A stretch of 64,000 nt of DNA, from contig JBDRON010000033.1 of NCBI GenBank assembly GCA_043810025.1, positions 3,431-67,430 of the forward strand, in the 5' to 3' direction. The notes beneath the pieces were generated by a model. The model ran no database searches. It had not been told where the DNA came from and worked only from the letters and a program-made list of their open reading frames with translations. The position numbers were made by a program, and so were the translations under genes. This document shows, piece by piece, positions 41,901 to 56,900 of this stretch. The DNA comes from Elusimicrobiota bacterium (GTDB lineage: Bacteria; Elusimicrobiota; JBDRON01). Numbering within the stretch: the stretch's first letter is position 1; every line of letters begins with the position of its first letter.

Positions 41901-44900
41901 AATCAGCCAGTTCACTGCTGTTCCCGGCCCAGTCATCGACCCGCACCGAGACATAATTCAGGCCTTCCCGGCAGGCCGTAAAATCGACGGGCCAATTGGT
42001 CGAATAAGACGACGCATTAACAGCGCCGGCCAGATTCGTCCAATCCTGATACAGCGTCCCCGTTTTGCCGGCTTGACTGTAAATCGCATACTGCAAATTA
42101 TTCAGCAAGGAACCGCCGCTGTCCTGAAAATCGATGTCGTAAACACTGCCGGCTTGACTGCGCCAGGTGTCATCGCCTAATTGGTTATCGGTAAGACCGG
42201 GCAAACTGACATCTTTTTTTACATAAAAAAGATCATTGCCGGCTGCGGAAATACCGGCCTGATCAAAAACACGCGCCGAAACATAATTAGTCACCCCTTC
42301 GCTTAAAGCGGCAAAATCCAGCGGCCAGTCGGTGGTATAAACGGAGGCATTAATCGCCGTGGCGATGTTCGTCCAGGTTTTCAACTGATTGCCCGTCTGC
42401 GCCGGAGCGTCCCAGACGGTGTATTGGGCATAGTCGAGCAGAGCGCTGCCTTGCGCCTGGAAATCCAGATTATAAACAGTCGAACCGCTTTTCCGCCAGG
42501 TATCGTCACCGGACTGGTTATCAATAATCACCGGCGGAGAAGTAGTTTTCTTCACATAAAAAACATCATCGGCGATGGTGAAGTTGTTGGCTTGATCGTA
42601 AACGCGCACTGATACATAATTATAGCCCTGCTGACAGCTATTAAAATCAACTGTCCAGTTGGCCGTGTAAGCGGAGTTGTTAATACCGGCAGCGATATCC
42701 GTCCAGGTTTTCAACTGCGTCCCGGTCCGCCCGGCGGCGCTGTAAATGGTATATTGGGCCAGCGAAAGCAGGGAACCGCTGTCCTGAAAATCAATATCGT
42801 AGGTGGTCCCGGCCGTCGTCCGCCAACTATCGTCGCCGGTCTGGTTATCGACAACGGTGGGAGAGGAGGTGTCTTTTTTTACATAAAAACAATCGTTCAG
42901 CTGGGTAGATTGCCCGGCGTTATCGTCAGCGCGCACCGAGATATAACTTGTCCCTTGCTGACACGCGGTAAAATCGACCGGCCAATCGGTGGTGTAAGAT
43001 CCGGCGTTAATGTTGGCGGCGATATCCGTCCAGGTTTTCAACTGTGTCCCGGTCAGCCCGGCGGCGCTGTAAATGGTGTATTGAACGGAACTGAGCAGGG
43101 AACCGAGATCATTAAAGTCAACATTATAAGCGCTCCCCGCCGCGGTCCGCCAGATATCGTCGCCGGACTGCAAATCGCTGATCGTCGGCACACTGGTATC
43201 TTTTAATACATAGAACAGATCGTTTTGACCGGTCAGCTGGCCGGCCTTATCGGCAAGGCGCACCGAGACATAGTTGGTCCCCTGCTGGCCGACGTTAAAA
43301 TCGATACTCCAGTCGGCCGTGTAATTGCTGTTATTAATATCGGCGGCGATGTTGGTCCAGGTTTTAAGATTATTGCCGGTTTGGTTGGGCTGGGTCCAGA
43401 GCGAGTATTGGGCGTAATCGAGCAAGGAACCGCTGTCCTGAAAATCAATATTGTAGGTCGTGCCCGCCGCCGTCCGCCAGGTATCGTCGCCGGTTTGGTT
43501 AGCGGTGACGGTCGGAACGGTAGTATCTTTTTTTACATAGAAAACATCTTCGGCGATTGCGCTTAAGCCGGCGTAATCATCAGCGCGCGCCGAAACATAA
43601 TTGGTCGCCCCTTCCCGGCAGGCGCTGAAATCGACCGGCCAGTCTGTGGTGTAAGCGCTGGCCGAAACATTGGCGGCGATATCCGTCCAATCTTTTAATT
43701 GGCTGCCGCTGCGGTTGGCGCCGCTGTATATTGTGTATTGCAGATTGTTCAACAGCGACCCGCTGTCCTGAAAATCCAGATTATAAACCGTGCCCGCCGC
43801 CGTCCGCCAGGTATCGTCGCCGGTTTGGTTGTCTATAATACTGGGAACGTCGGTATCTTTCCTGATATAAAAAGCATCCGTCAAACTGACGCTGGAACCG
43901 GCCCAATCGTAGGCGCGCACGGAAACATAGTTAGCGCCGGCCTGACAACTGGAAAAATCCACCGCCCAGTCCGTTGTATAGGTGGTCGTGGAAATATTGG
44001 CGGCAATATTTATCCAGTCAACAAGTGTTGTGCCGCCCCCGCCGGCGGCGCTGCAGATTTTGTATTGCGCATAATTTAACAGTGACCCGCCGCTATCCTG
44101 AAAATCGACATTATAGGTTGTTCCGCCGGCGGTCCGCCAATTTAGATCACCGGTTTGGTTATCAATAATCGTCGGCTCGTGCACATCCTTGAGCAGATAA
44201 AAACAATCATTGAGGCTGACACTGCTGCCGGCCCAATCGTAAGCGCGCGCCGAGACATAATTGGTCGCCCCCTCCAGACAAGCGCTAAAATCGATCGGCC
44301 AGTCCGCAGTGTAAGAGTTGACGTTAATATTAGCGGCGATGGTTGTCCAATCCTTGCGCAGCTGGCCGGTCTGGCTGGGACCGGTGCAAATCCGGTATTG
44401 GACATAGTTCAACCGTGAACCGCCGGTATCGTAAAAATCGCCATTGTAAGTTTTTCCGGCCGTATTCTGCCAGGTAGTGTCGCCGGACTGCAAAGCAGTA
44501 ATTGTCGGCGGCGAGGTATCCTTAAGCACATAGAAACAATCGTTAACCGTGGCGGTGTTGCCGGCTAAATCGTAAGCCTCGACGGAAACATAGTTGGCGG
44601 CGCCCTCCAGACAGGCGGAGAAATCTACCGGCCAATCAGCGGTAAAAGCGCTGCCGCTTACCGCCGGTATCGTCGTCCAATCTTTACGCAATTGACCGCT
44701 GCGGTTAACCTCAGTGTAAATCGTGTATTTAGCGCCGTTCAAGGTGGAGTGCAAGTCCTGAAAATCCAGATTATAAACTTTGCCGGCCGTATTCTGCCAG
44801 GTAGTATCGCCGGATTGTAAATCGGCAACAATCGCCGGAATGGTATCCTTCCGCACATAGAAAGCGTCAATAAGCGCTGAGGAAAAATTGCCGGCGTTAT

Positions 44901-47900
44901 CCTGCGCCCGGACCGAAACATAGTTATTGCCGGAAACCAGCGCGTTCCAGGTATTGGCGATTAACGGCCAATCGGCGGTGTAACTGTTAGCGCCGATATT
45001 GTTGACTTGCGTAGTCCAATCTTCCAGCAGTTGACCGACGTTATTCGGCTGGGTATAAATTTTCGTTTGTATCTTGAGCAGTTGACTGCCGCCGCTGTCC
45101 TCAGCATCAATGTTATAATTAACAGTATTGCTTTTCCGCCAGGTATCGTCGCCGGTTTGGTTGTCGGCAAGTGTCGGCGGCGCTGCGTCATGCTTGCTGG
45201 AAACGACAGCGGCGCATTCGTAGCTATAATCGGAGACAGCGGAGGAATGCAAAGCGCCGCCCGACCAGCTGGAACCGGTCCAAATCCTGCTCCTTAAATC
45301 GCCGCTGATACTGATCCCGCTAAGAAATATTTTATTGGTGTTCGGATCGGGGTTGAGCGTTACCCAGCGCAAATTGCCGGTCCAAACCAGGGTGTCTTTC
45401 GGCGCCGTATTCGGCACCGCTGCCACAAGGGTGACCGGATTATGCCAGCCTAAAACGCTGCTCCAGCCTAAATAACTAAATTGGGAAGCAGCCGCATCTA
45501 CGGCCGCCACCAGACACAACCCGTTATCTTTGCCCCAGGCAATATCCGTAGTTCGACCCGTTGGCCCAATCGCCGAAGCGTCTTCCAGCGGCAAAGCGCC
45601 CCAGTCACTGCCGTCCCAGATCGAGACATTCCAATCACTATCGGCATCCATGGAAGTAAAACCGATCCGGCTGGAAGTCGGATCAGCGGCCATTTTAATC
45701 CAGCCGGCATTGTTTTTAGCGTTAATATTCGGGCCGCTCTGCGCGATGATCGGCCAACTGCCGGCAGTTGGACTGTAAATATCATAAGTTGTAATTCGAC
45801 TGCCGGTACCCCAGAGCGCCAGGCATCGGCCGGCCGTGTTTTCCCAGGCCGCATCGAAACACTGGTAAGCCGCATTGGCTGCCCCGGCGCTGGCATTGGT
45901 CCGGCCGTTAACCCAGGCTGAACCGTTCCAATAGATTGAATAAATATTGAGATTTACATCCATCGCCGTCAGCATTATACCGTTATCGGCCGGACGAGGA
46001 GTAAGTTTTAGCCAGTAAACAGCTCCCGTTAATCCCGGTAAAGACAGGTTAGTTGGCCCAGCCGCCCAGGCCGCCGCCGTTGAACTCCAGACCCGGTAAG
46101 TTATCTGAGCGCCGGTTCCGTTAAAATAAGCGGCCAGACAGCGGCCGGAAAGCTGCTCGTAAGCCAGATCAAAACCGCGGTAAGCGCTGTAGATTGTCCC
46201 CAATGTTGTATTCATCCGGCCCAAATCCACCCAATTACTGTTCACTCCGTCCCAGCGCTGGAGATATAAATCACCATCGGGAGCGGCGGTCCCATCGTAA
46301 CTGAGCGCCCCGAGCATTTTTTCGTTGCGCACTGTTGGGCAGGCCTCCAGCCGTGTCCAGCGAACAACGGACGCGGCCGCCTGGGCCGAATATTGGTAAT
46401 CGTCCCAATTACTGCCTAACCACAGCCGATACTGCGGATTGGCCGAGGAAGCCGAGCCGTAAACCAGCATCCCCTCCGCCATTCCCGGTAAACCCGCCGA
46501 GGCGCTGGGACTGTTGGAAAGATTGCTCAAATTGTTCGCTTCATCATAGGCCCGGACGGCAAAATAGTATAGTGTGCCGTTAGTCAAGCCGGTTACCGTG
46601 CGATTCTCCGTAACACCGGCAGTCATCGGCGCCCAGTTCTGGGCAAAAGTTTGCGCTGTTGTCCAGGCCACTTCACTGCTAATCGAGCTGGCCGCGGAAT
46701 ATTTTAGCGCATAGCGCCCGTTCGGCGGGGCTTGCAGATCACCGACTAACCCGTTATCGCCGGGCGCTGTCCAGCTTAAATTCACCTGTCCGGCAAAATC
46801 GCCGGTCACCGCCGCCAAATCATTGATCGTTCCCGGCAAGGTCGCATCCGCCCCGGATTTACACCAGTTCCCTGATGTGTTGGATAGACTGCTCCGGTTG
46901 CCCGCTTTATCCACAACTTCGATGGCGAGATAATAGGTAGTATCGGCCGTTAAACCGCTAATCGTCTGCGTCTCGCCGTTAGTGGGCGGCAAGGGCGTCC
47001 AGGATTGAGCAAAAGCGGCGGCCTGCTCAAAACTATTCTGATCGGTAAACTGAAAAGTCGCATATTTTACGACATAACTTGCGGCCGTGCCTGAGGCCCC
47101 GTTATCCCCCGTAGCCGTCCAGCTTAAACTGATTTCCCCTTCCAGCGCGGTGGAGGCGGAAAGGTTGTTGATCGCCGTTGGACCAACGGTATCTTTTAGA
47201 AAATAAAAAATATCGTTGGTCGTCGTCGAATTAGCTAATTTATCGAAGGCGCGGACGGAAACATAGTTCGTCCCTTCCTGGCCGGCGGCAAAATCAACAC
47301 CCCAATCCGCGGTGTAATCGGCCGAATTAATATCGCCGGCGATGAGGGTCCAGGTTTTCAAAACCGTCCCACCTTGACCGGCCGCGCTGTTAATTGTATA
47401 CTCCGCCGAATCCAGCCAGACCTCCGGATCATTAAAATCAATGTTATAGACTGTTCCGCCGGCCTTCCGCCAGATATCATCGCCGGTTTGATTGTCAATA
47501 ATCACCGGGCCGGAGGTATCTTTTTTTACATAAAAAACATCGGCGGTGGTAGTCGTAGAACCGGCAACATCCCAGGCGCGCGCCGAGACATAGTTAACAC
47601 CCTGCAAACAAGAATTAAAATCCACGCCCCAAAGAGCAGAGTAAACACTGTTATTAATATCGCCGGCGATGTTCGTCCAATCTTTTAAGATCGTCCCGCT
47701 GCGGTTGGCTGCCGTATTGATCGTATATTGGAAAACAGACAACAACGAGCCGCCGCTATCATTGAGAGTAACATTATAAGTATTGCCGGCGCTCGACCGC
47801 CAGGTATCGTCACCCAGCTGGTTATCAATGATCGAAGGCGCCAAAATATCTTTCTTGAGATAAAAAAGATCATTGGCCGTCTGCTGATTTCCCGCCCGGT

Positions 47901-50900
47901 CGTAAACCCGCGCGGAAACATAATTGGCGCCTTGCTGGGCAGCGCTGAAATCCAGCGGCCAATCCGCGGCAAAACTTGCGACGTTGATGTTGACGGCGAT
48001 ATCCGTCCAGGTTTTCAACTGCGTGCCGGTTTGCCCGGCCGCCGTCCAGATCGTATACTGGGCGGTAGCCAGCAGCGCCAGGGTATCGGCAAAATCAATG
48101 TTGTAAGTTGTGCCGGCGGCTCTCCGCCAGGTATCGTCACCGGTCTGATTATCGGTGATCGAGGGGGTGGTTGTGTCTTTTAAAACATAAAAAACATCGG
48201 CAACCGTCGCGCTGACCCCCGCGGCATCATAAGCCCGGACCGAAACATAATTGGTTCCTTCCCGGCAGGCCGCAAAATCAACCGGCCAATCGGTTGGATA
48301 ACTGCCGGCATTGATATTGGCGGCGATATCCGTCCAAGCCTGATAAACCACCCCTCCTAACCCGGCAGCGCTGCGCACGGTATACTGAACATTGCTGAGC
48401 AAAGAACCGTTGTCGGCAAAATCCACATTGTAAGTTGTCCCGGCGGCGGCCCGCCAACTATCATCACCGGTCTGATTGTCGGTAACCGAAGGAATAATCG
48501 TATCTTTTTTTAGATAGAAAACATCGTTAATCGTGGTTAGATTGCCCGCCTGATCGTAAACCCGAACGGAAACATAGTTGTAACCTTCCTGACCGGCCGT
48601 AAAATCAATTGCCCAATCCGCGGTGTAACTGTCGGCATTAATGCCGGTGGCGATATTCGTCCAGCCTTTTAACTGACTGCCGCTCAAACCGGCGGCCGAA
48701 TAGACGGTATACTGCGCCGAACTGAGGAGGGAAGCGCCGCTGTCCTGAAAATCTATGTTATAAGTTGTCCCGCCGGCCGAACGCCAGGCATCATCGCCGG
48801 TTTGATTATCCGCCACCGTCGGCGAAGAAAGATCAACTGTTGTCGAGCTTTCCGGGATAGCGCTGGAATCGGGGCCGGCCTCGTCGGTATTGCCGGCGTT
48901 ATCTTCGGCAATGATCTTAAATCCGTAAATATTTTCGGCGCCGGCGGTAAAAGCGATGGGCGAAGCGGTAAAGGTTGTCCCATATTGCCCCCAGGTATAG
49001 GGGACACCCGTCTGGGTAGTATAATAAAGTTTTACATTTTTTAACTGTGAACCGCCGCTGTCGCCGGCCGCATAAAGAAGATTGAAATTAGTTGTGTTAC
49101 TATAAGCCGGCGCCAAGGCGCTGCCGCTGGGCGGGGTGGTATCTTTGCGCACATAAAAACCATCGGTTAAAGCAGTAGTATTTCCCGCTTGATCGAACAC
49201 CCGCACGGAAACATAATTCGTTCCTTCGCCTAAAAGCTCCCAACTGCCCGAGACTAACGCCCAATCACTTGTGTAACTCACCGCGCCTATTCCGGAAACT
49301 ACCGTCGTCCAGTCCTGAAGCAGTGTGCCGCTGCCGGCCGCGCCGCTGCTAATTTTTGTCTGGAAATAGGACAATTTAGCATCATTGTCGGCAAAATCCA
49401 GGTTATAAGTTGAGCCGCCGGTTTTGCGCCAGGCATCGTCGCCGGTTTGCTGATCAATGATCGCCGGCGGCGTGGTATCTTTGAGCACATAAAAGGCATC
49501 GGTCAATGAACCGCTGTTCCCGACGTTGTCAAACACCCGGACCGAAACATAATTTTTTCCCGTCATCAGATTAGCCCAAACCGCTGAACTCAAGGACCAA
49601 TCCGCGGTATAGGAATCGGAGGCGATATTTTCGCCGATTGTCGTCCAATCGTTAAGCAAAACGCCGGATTGCGCCGGCCCAGAAGTAACTTTCACCTGGA
49701 AGTGCGACAATTGCGATGTTCCGCTATCGGCAAAATCCAGATTATAGGCCGCCGTATTATCCTTGCGCCAGGTATCGTCACCGGATTGGTTATTGGTTAA
49801 TGTCGGCGCGCTTGTATCTTTCTTTACATAAAATACATCCGTCAGACCGGCGCTGTTGCCCGCCCGGTCATAGACGCGCACGGAAACATAATTTGTTCCT
49901 TGCAGACAACCGGCAAAATCCAGACTCCAATCAGTGGTATAACTGTTAGCGTCAATGTTGGCGGCCAAAGTAGTCCAGGTTTTGACCGCTGTCCCCCCCA
50001 ACGTCGGCTGGGACCAGAGACAATACTGCGCATAATCCAACAGCGCCCCGCCGCTGTCCTGAAAATCAATATTATAATTTGTCCCGGCGCTGTTCCGCCA
50101 AGTGTCGTCACCTAACTGGTTGTCGGTAATGGCCGGCGCCGTCAGATCTTTTTTTACATAGAAGACGTCTTCTGTTATGGTAAAATTACCGATTCCGTCA
50201 TAACTGCGCACAGAAACATAGTTAGTCGTTCCTTCCTGGCAAGCGCTAAAATCTATCCCCCAATTGGCGGTGTAATCACTGGCGACAATCCCTACAGCAA
50301 TATTCGTCCATGTTTTCTGCTCCGTTCCCGTCCGGTTCGGTCCGCTCCAAATGGCATATTGAACCGTCGTTAAGAGAGATAAATTATCCTGAAAATCAAC
50401 ATTGTATGCGGTTCCGGCAGCCTTCCGCCAGGTATCATCGCCGCTCTGGTTATCCACGGTCACCGGTCCGGAAGTATCTTTCTTGACATAAAATACATCT
50501 TCAACAGTAGTGGTAGAGCCGGCTAAATCCCAAACCCGCGCCGAAACATAGTTATAGCTGCTGAGACAAGTATCAAAATCCAGCGCCCAATCGGCAGTAT
50601 AACTGCTGTTCCCGGAAACAGAACCGATAGCGGTCCAATCTTTCACCAGCGCTCCACTGCGATTTAACCCGCGATAAACCGTATATTCGGCCCCGGCCAG
50701 TTTCGAGCCGACATCGCCAAAATCAATATTGTAAACTGTGCCGCTAACCTTTCGCCAGGTATCGTCACCGCTCTGATTATCGGTCATTGTCGGCGGGGCA
50801 GTATCTTTCCAAAGGTAAAAAACATCGTTAGCAGTTTGACTGCTGCCGGCGTGATCCCAAACCCGCACCGAAATATAGTTCGTTGTCCAGCTGACCAAAT

Positions 50901-53900
50901 TGTTCCAGATACCGCCGGTTAAAGCCCAATCATTAGAGTAAGCGCCGGCGTTAATCCCGCTGATCACTTCCGTCCAGTCCTGCACCACCTGACCACTGCC
51001 CGCTGTTCCCGTCGCCGCCCGCACCTCAAAATAATTAAGCAGAGAACCGCCGCTATCATTGAAGTTGATATTGTATGTTCCGTCGTTGCTAGTGCGCCAA
51101 ACCGCATCGCCGCCCTGCTGATCGTCAATCGTCGGCGCGGTAGTATCTTTTTTTACATAGAATACATCGTCCAGTTCCGCAGTATTCCCGGCCCGATCGT
51201 CAGCGCGCACTGAAATATAGCCGGTCACCCCTTCGCTGAGCGCAGCAAAATCAATCCCCCAGTTGCCGGTATAACCGCTGCTGTTCACCGAGGCGGCAAG
51301 ATCTGTCCAATCCTTGACCAGGCTTCCCGTTTTACCGGTTTGAGTGTAGATGGTGTATTGCAGGTTGTTCAGTAAAGATAACCCGTCGGCAAAATCAATA
51401 TCGTAAAGAGCGGCGGTTTTCCGCCAGGTATCGTCGCCAGACTGGTTGTCGGTAATTACCGGCGGGGAAGTGTCTTTTTGCACATAAAAGACATCGGTCA
51501 CCGAGGTGCTGCTGCCGGCAGTATCGAAAACCTTCACGGAAATATAATTGGTTCCCGGCTGGAGCAAATCCCATGTAGTGGACAACAGCGGCCAATTATC
51601 GGTGTAGTGACCGACGTTGATGTTGGAAACAACCGTCGTCCAATCCTCTAAAACCGTCCCCCCCTGGTTAGGCAGAGTGTTCACCTTGGTTTGAAAATAA
51701 TTGAGCAAAGCCGTATCGCTATTGGAAGAAAAGTCAACATTATAGACGCCGTTATTGATTGTTCGCCAAGTATTGTCACCGCTCTGGTTGTCGGTAACCA
51801 CCGGCAGGCCGGCGGCTTTGATCAGATAAAAGACATCTTCCAGTGTTTGGGAATTGTTCGCGTTATCAAAAACTTTTACGGAAACATAATTTTGACCTTG
51901 CTGACAAGCGCCGAAATCAATCCCCCAATTGTCGGTGTAACTGGCCGCATTGATACTGCCGGCTAGATCAGTCCAATTTTTTAACCGCGTCCCACCCTGT
52001 CCAACGTCCGTGCATATCGTATATTGAATATTTTTCAATAACGCCCCGCCGGTATCGGCAAAATCAACATTAAAGATGTTACCGGGATTGGTATTGTATT
52101 CCGTATCGTCACCGCTTTGCAGGTCGGTAATCGTCGGTGTAGTAGTATCCATTTTTACATAAAAGAGGTCATTGAGGCTGGAAATATTGCCGGCGTTGTC
52201 GGCGGTGCGCAGACTGATATAATTTGTCGCTGCCTCCCGCAAAACCGCAAAATCAATTGACCAATCCGTGGTGTAACCGGAATTATTTAAACCGCTAAAA
52301 ATATTTGTCCAGTCTTTCAGTTGATCGCCGGTTTGCTGGCTGCCGGAGTAAATCGTATATTGCGCATAATCCAGCAGGGAGTTGCTATCGTTGAAATCCA
52401 GATTATAAACAGCGCCGGCCGCCTTTTGCCAAGTGTCGTCGCCGCTTTGATTATCCACAATCCCCGGCAAGATGGAATCTTTTTTCAGATAGAAAACATC
52501 GGTGGTTGTACTCTGATTGCCTAAATTGTCCGTGGCCCGCGCGGAGATATAGTTTATTCCCTGCTGACTGGAAACAAAATCGATCGTCCAGGGCGTATTA
52601 TAAAGCGCGGTACCGGCCGAGGTAAAAATATTCGTCCAATCCTTGCGCAGACTACCCGTTTGACCGGGGCCGGTCCAGATGGAATACTGGGCGGAAGACA
52701 ACAGGGAGTGGGCATCCTGAAAACTGACATTGTAAGCGGTCCCGCCGAAACGGCGCCAACTGTCATCACCGGTCTGACTGTCAATGATGGTTGGCACAGC
52801 GGTATCTTTTTGGATATAAAAAGCATCGGTTAGGGAAGCGCTGTTCTGGGCATGATCGAACACCCGCACGGAAGCATAGTTCCTGCCCGCGGCTAAACTC
52901 GTCCATAAATCAGTGGGCAGTGGCCAGTCGGCAGTATAAGAATTAGCAGCAACATCTCCCAGCACCGTCGTCCAATCCGTAATTAAAGCGCCGGTTTGGC
53001 CGGGACCGGTGGTGATTTTTAACTGAAAATAATCCAACTGCGCACTGCCGGTATCGTTAAAATCAATATTGTAAGCGCCGTCGTTTTGTTTTCGCCAGGC
53101 ATCGTCACCGGTTTGATTGTCGGTGATCGTCGGCGCGGCGGTATATTTTTTCAGATAAAAAACATCGTTAAGAGTGGAAAGATTATTGCCGTTGTCGGTT
53201 ACTTTTACCGAAACATAATTGAGGCCTCCGGCGCAGGCGCTGAAATCAATCGGCCAATCCGCCGCGTATTCGTTATTATTCAGATTAGTAAAAATGTCCG
53301 TCCAATTTTTTAAGGTTGTGCCGCCCTGCGCCGGCAGACTGTTAACTAAATATTGCGCCGAAATCAACAGTGAGCCGCCGCCATCTTGAAAATCCACATT
53401 ATAAACCGCACCTTCGCTGTTCCGCCAAGTATCGTCACCCAACTGGTTGTCGCTAATCTGCGGGACGGTAACATCTTTCAAAACATAAAACACATCGTTG
53501 ACGGTGGCGGTATTGCCTGCCCAGTCGAAAGACCGCACGGAAACATAATTGGTTGTCCCTTCGGCGCAGGCGGCAAAATTTATCGGCCAGGGCACCGAAT
53601 AACTGTCGGCATTAATGGCGATGGCGATATCGGTCCAACCCTGCAATTGACTGCCGGTTTGATTTACATCGCTAAAAATAGCGTATTGCGCGGCGGATAA
53701 TTGGGAAGCGCCGGAAACATCGTTGAAACTTACCGTATAAGTTTTACCGGCCGCTTTCTGCCAGACCGTATCGCCGTTTTGGTTATCGGCGATGGTCGGG
53801 GTGGTGGTGTCCTTCAACAGATAAAACAGATCAGCGAGAGTAATGCTGGAACCGGCCCAGTCAAAAACACGGACGGAAACATAGTTGTAACCATCACTGC

Positions 53901-56900
53901 AGGCGGTGAAGTCAACTGCCCAATCCGTCGTATAACTATTGCTGTTAATATTGGCGGCGATATCCGTCCAATCTTTTAAAACCGCTCCGGCCTGCGCCGG
54001 CAATTTGGTAATTTTATACTGGGCGTTGTTGAGCAAGGCTCCGCCGCTGTCCTGAAAATTAAGATCATAAACTGTTCCGCCGGTTTTGCGCCAAGTGTTA
54101 TCGCCGGATTGATTATCGGTGATCGTCGGCACGGTGGTATCTTTCAGCAGATAAAAAACATCGTTGTTTTCCGCACTGATGTTGCCGGCCTGGTCGGCCG
54201 CCCGCGCCGAAACATAACCGGTTGCTCCCTCCCGCAAAACATTCCAACCAGCCGCCGGTAACGGCCAATTGTTGGTATAACTGCTATTATTTATACCGCT
54301 GACCACCGTCGTCCAATTTTGCAAAACTTCTCCCGACTGCGCCGGACCGGTAGTAATTTTGATCTGGAAATAGTCGAGGTTAGACCCGCCGCTGTCGGCA
54401 AAATCAATGTTGTAAGCGCCGTCGTTAATCCGCCGCCAGGTCGTATCGCCGGATTGCAGGTCATTGACCGTCGGAGAAGTAGTATCCTTCTTTACATAAA
54501 AGACATCGTTGACGGCGGCGCTGGAACCGGCCCAATCAAAAACACGGACCGAAACATAATTGTACCCTTCCTGACAGGCGGTGAAATCCACACCCCAGTC
54601 GGCGGTGTAGTCATTGCTGTTAATATTAGCGACAATATCCGTCCAATCTTTATAAATTGCCCCCCCCTGATTGGACAACTGAGTGATTTTATACTGGGCA
54701 TAGTTGAGCAATGAATCGCCGCTATCCAGGAAATTTACATCGTAAACATCCCCACCGGTTTTATGCCAGACATCATCGCCGCTCTGGTTGCCGGCGATGG
54801 CCGGCGCCGAGGTGTCTTTTAAAACATAAAAAACATCGTTGGTTTCGGAGCTGAGATTGCCGGCCGCATCGAGAACACGCACAGAAACATAATTGGTTAC
54901 CCCTTCTCTCAAGGTGTCCCAGCCGGAACTAGGCAGAGACCAGTTAGCAGTATAAACACTGTTGTTAATCCCGCTGATCACCGTCGTCCAGTTTTGCAAG
55001 ACTTCGCCCGATTGACCAACACCGGTAGTGATTTTGATTTGAAAATAATCCAGGTTGGAGCCGCCGGTATCGGCAAAATCAATGTTGTAAGCGCCGTCGT
55101 TGATCCGCCGCCAGGTTGTGTCACCGGATTGAAGATCAGTGATGGTTGGAACAGTAGTATCTTTCAGCACATAGTAGCAATCGTTAACCGTGGTCGTGTT
55201 GCCGGCCAGATCGTAAACTTCCACGGAAACATAGTTGGTTGCCCCTTCCAGACAAGCCTCAAAATCTACTGACCAATCGGTCGTAAAACTTGTCCCGCCG
55301 ACCGTAGGAATCGCCGTCCAATCCTTGCGCAATGCGCCGGTTCGGTTGAGATCGGTATAAATCGTATATTTAGCCCCGGCTAACCGCGAAGCCGAATCGA
55401 GAAAATTTACATTGTAAACGGCGCCGGCGCTTTTTTGCCAGACATCGTCGCCGGACTGCAGGTCTTCCACCGTCGGGGTTGTGGTGTCTTTAAGCAGATA
55501 GAAACAATCGTTGAGGGTAGTATTATTTCCCACTTGATCAAAAACCCTCACACTGACATAGTTGGTTACGCTCTCCTGTAAAGCGGTCCAACTACCGGCA
55601 ATTAAAGACCAGTCTGTCGTATAAGTATTGCCGGACAAACCGCCGGCTTGAGTAGTCCAATCTTGCACCACTATGCCGGACTGGGCAGCGCCGGTCGTAA
55701 TTTTCGTTTGAAAATAACTGAGACCGCTGCCGCCGCTGTCCTGAAAGTCAATGTTGTAGACGCCGCTGTTGGTTTTCCGCCAAACCGTATCACCGGCCTG
55801 CAGATCGGAGATCGCCGGAGTAACAGTATCTATCAACACGGAAAATGTTGATGTCCAGTTACAATAATTATTCGCTTGGTCATAAGTTCTTACCCGCCAA
55901 TAATAAAGATTAGTATTCAAACCGGTCGAAGCGGCCTGCGAGAGGGCCGGACTGGAACTATAGGTGATAGTCGTAAAATCGGCAGCAGTAGCCACTTGTA
56001 ATTCATAGCGGTCGAGCGTTGACCCGCCGCTGTCGGTGGAGTCCGACCAGTCGAAACTGACGGTTTGATTGCTCTGTTTGGCGCCATTGGTGGGGGTCAG
56101 CAAAGTGGGAACAGTCGGCGAGGAAAGATCACAGCCAAAATCCCCTTCCGTTTCCAGATTCCCGCCGAAGGATGCCCAGCCGCTTGTTCCCCCCGTACCG
56201 GAAAGACGGGCCTGCCAGTGATAAGTCGTTCCCGAAGTTAGGCCGGAAATACTCACACTCCCGGCCGCCGCCGGACTGGTAGAATAATAAACCACCGCTG
56301 AGCCGCTATCAGTCGGGGTATTGGTAAAACCGGTTCCCACCGCTCTCACTTCGATTTGCGGCGTTAAGGTATCGGACAGGCGCGGGCTGGTCATCGGCAA
56401 TTTTAAAACGAGATTGTTTTGGTTCGTCCAACTGCCGGTGGAAATAATGGTTGCGCCATCGGATTTATATTGTGTTAGATTCGTCGGGGTATTAGGGATG
56501 GCGATACATTCATAAACAACGGAACCGAGACCGGTAAAGTTGGCCTGATTGGCGGCGATACTGTAATTAGCGGTTACCTGCGAACTGGCTTCAGTAATCT
56601 GACCGACGTTTTGATAAAAGCGGCTCGTCCCGAAAGCCTCGCTGGTCGTGCGGGGATTAACAATTTGGGACCCGGAACCGTTAAAATCAACAGAGGTGGT
56701 AGTATTTTGAGTGATCGTGTTTTTATTATTGGATTGTGTATAATTCATCTTCAACCAGGCCATCCGCAAACTTTTACTGCCCGGAGCAGGAAACCAAAGC
56801 GGCATCGTAGGAGAAAAACCGGCCGCGATACCCGAATCGCTTTGTCCGGCAAAAGTTTGATAATAATTTGTATAGTCCGCCTCATTGGTATAATCATAAG

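Noticed and set aside
35910-55832. Regular ~318-bp periodicity that could be mistaken for a CRISPR-like array or satellite
   Set aside because: The units are about 10 times longer than CRISPR repeats, have no unique spacers, and translate in-frame into ~106-aa protein domains. There is no cas gene in the window.
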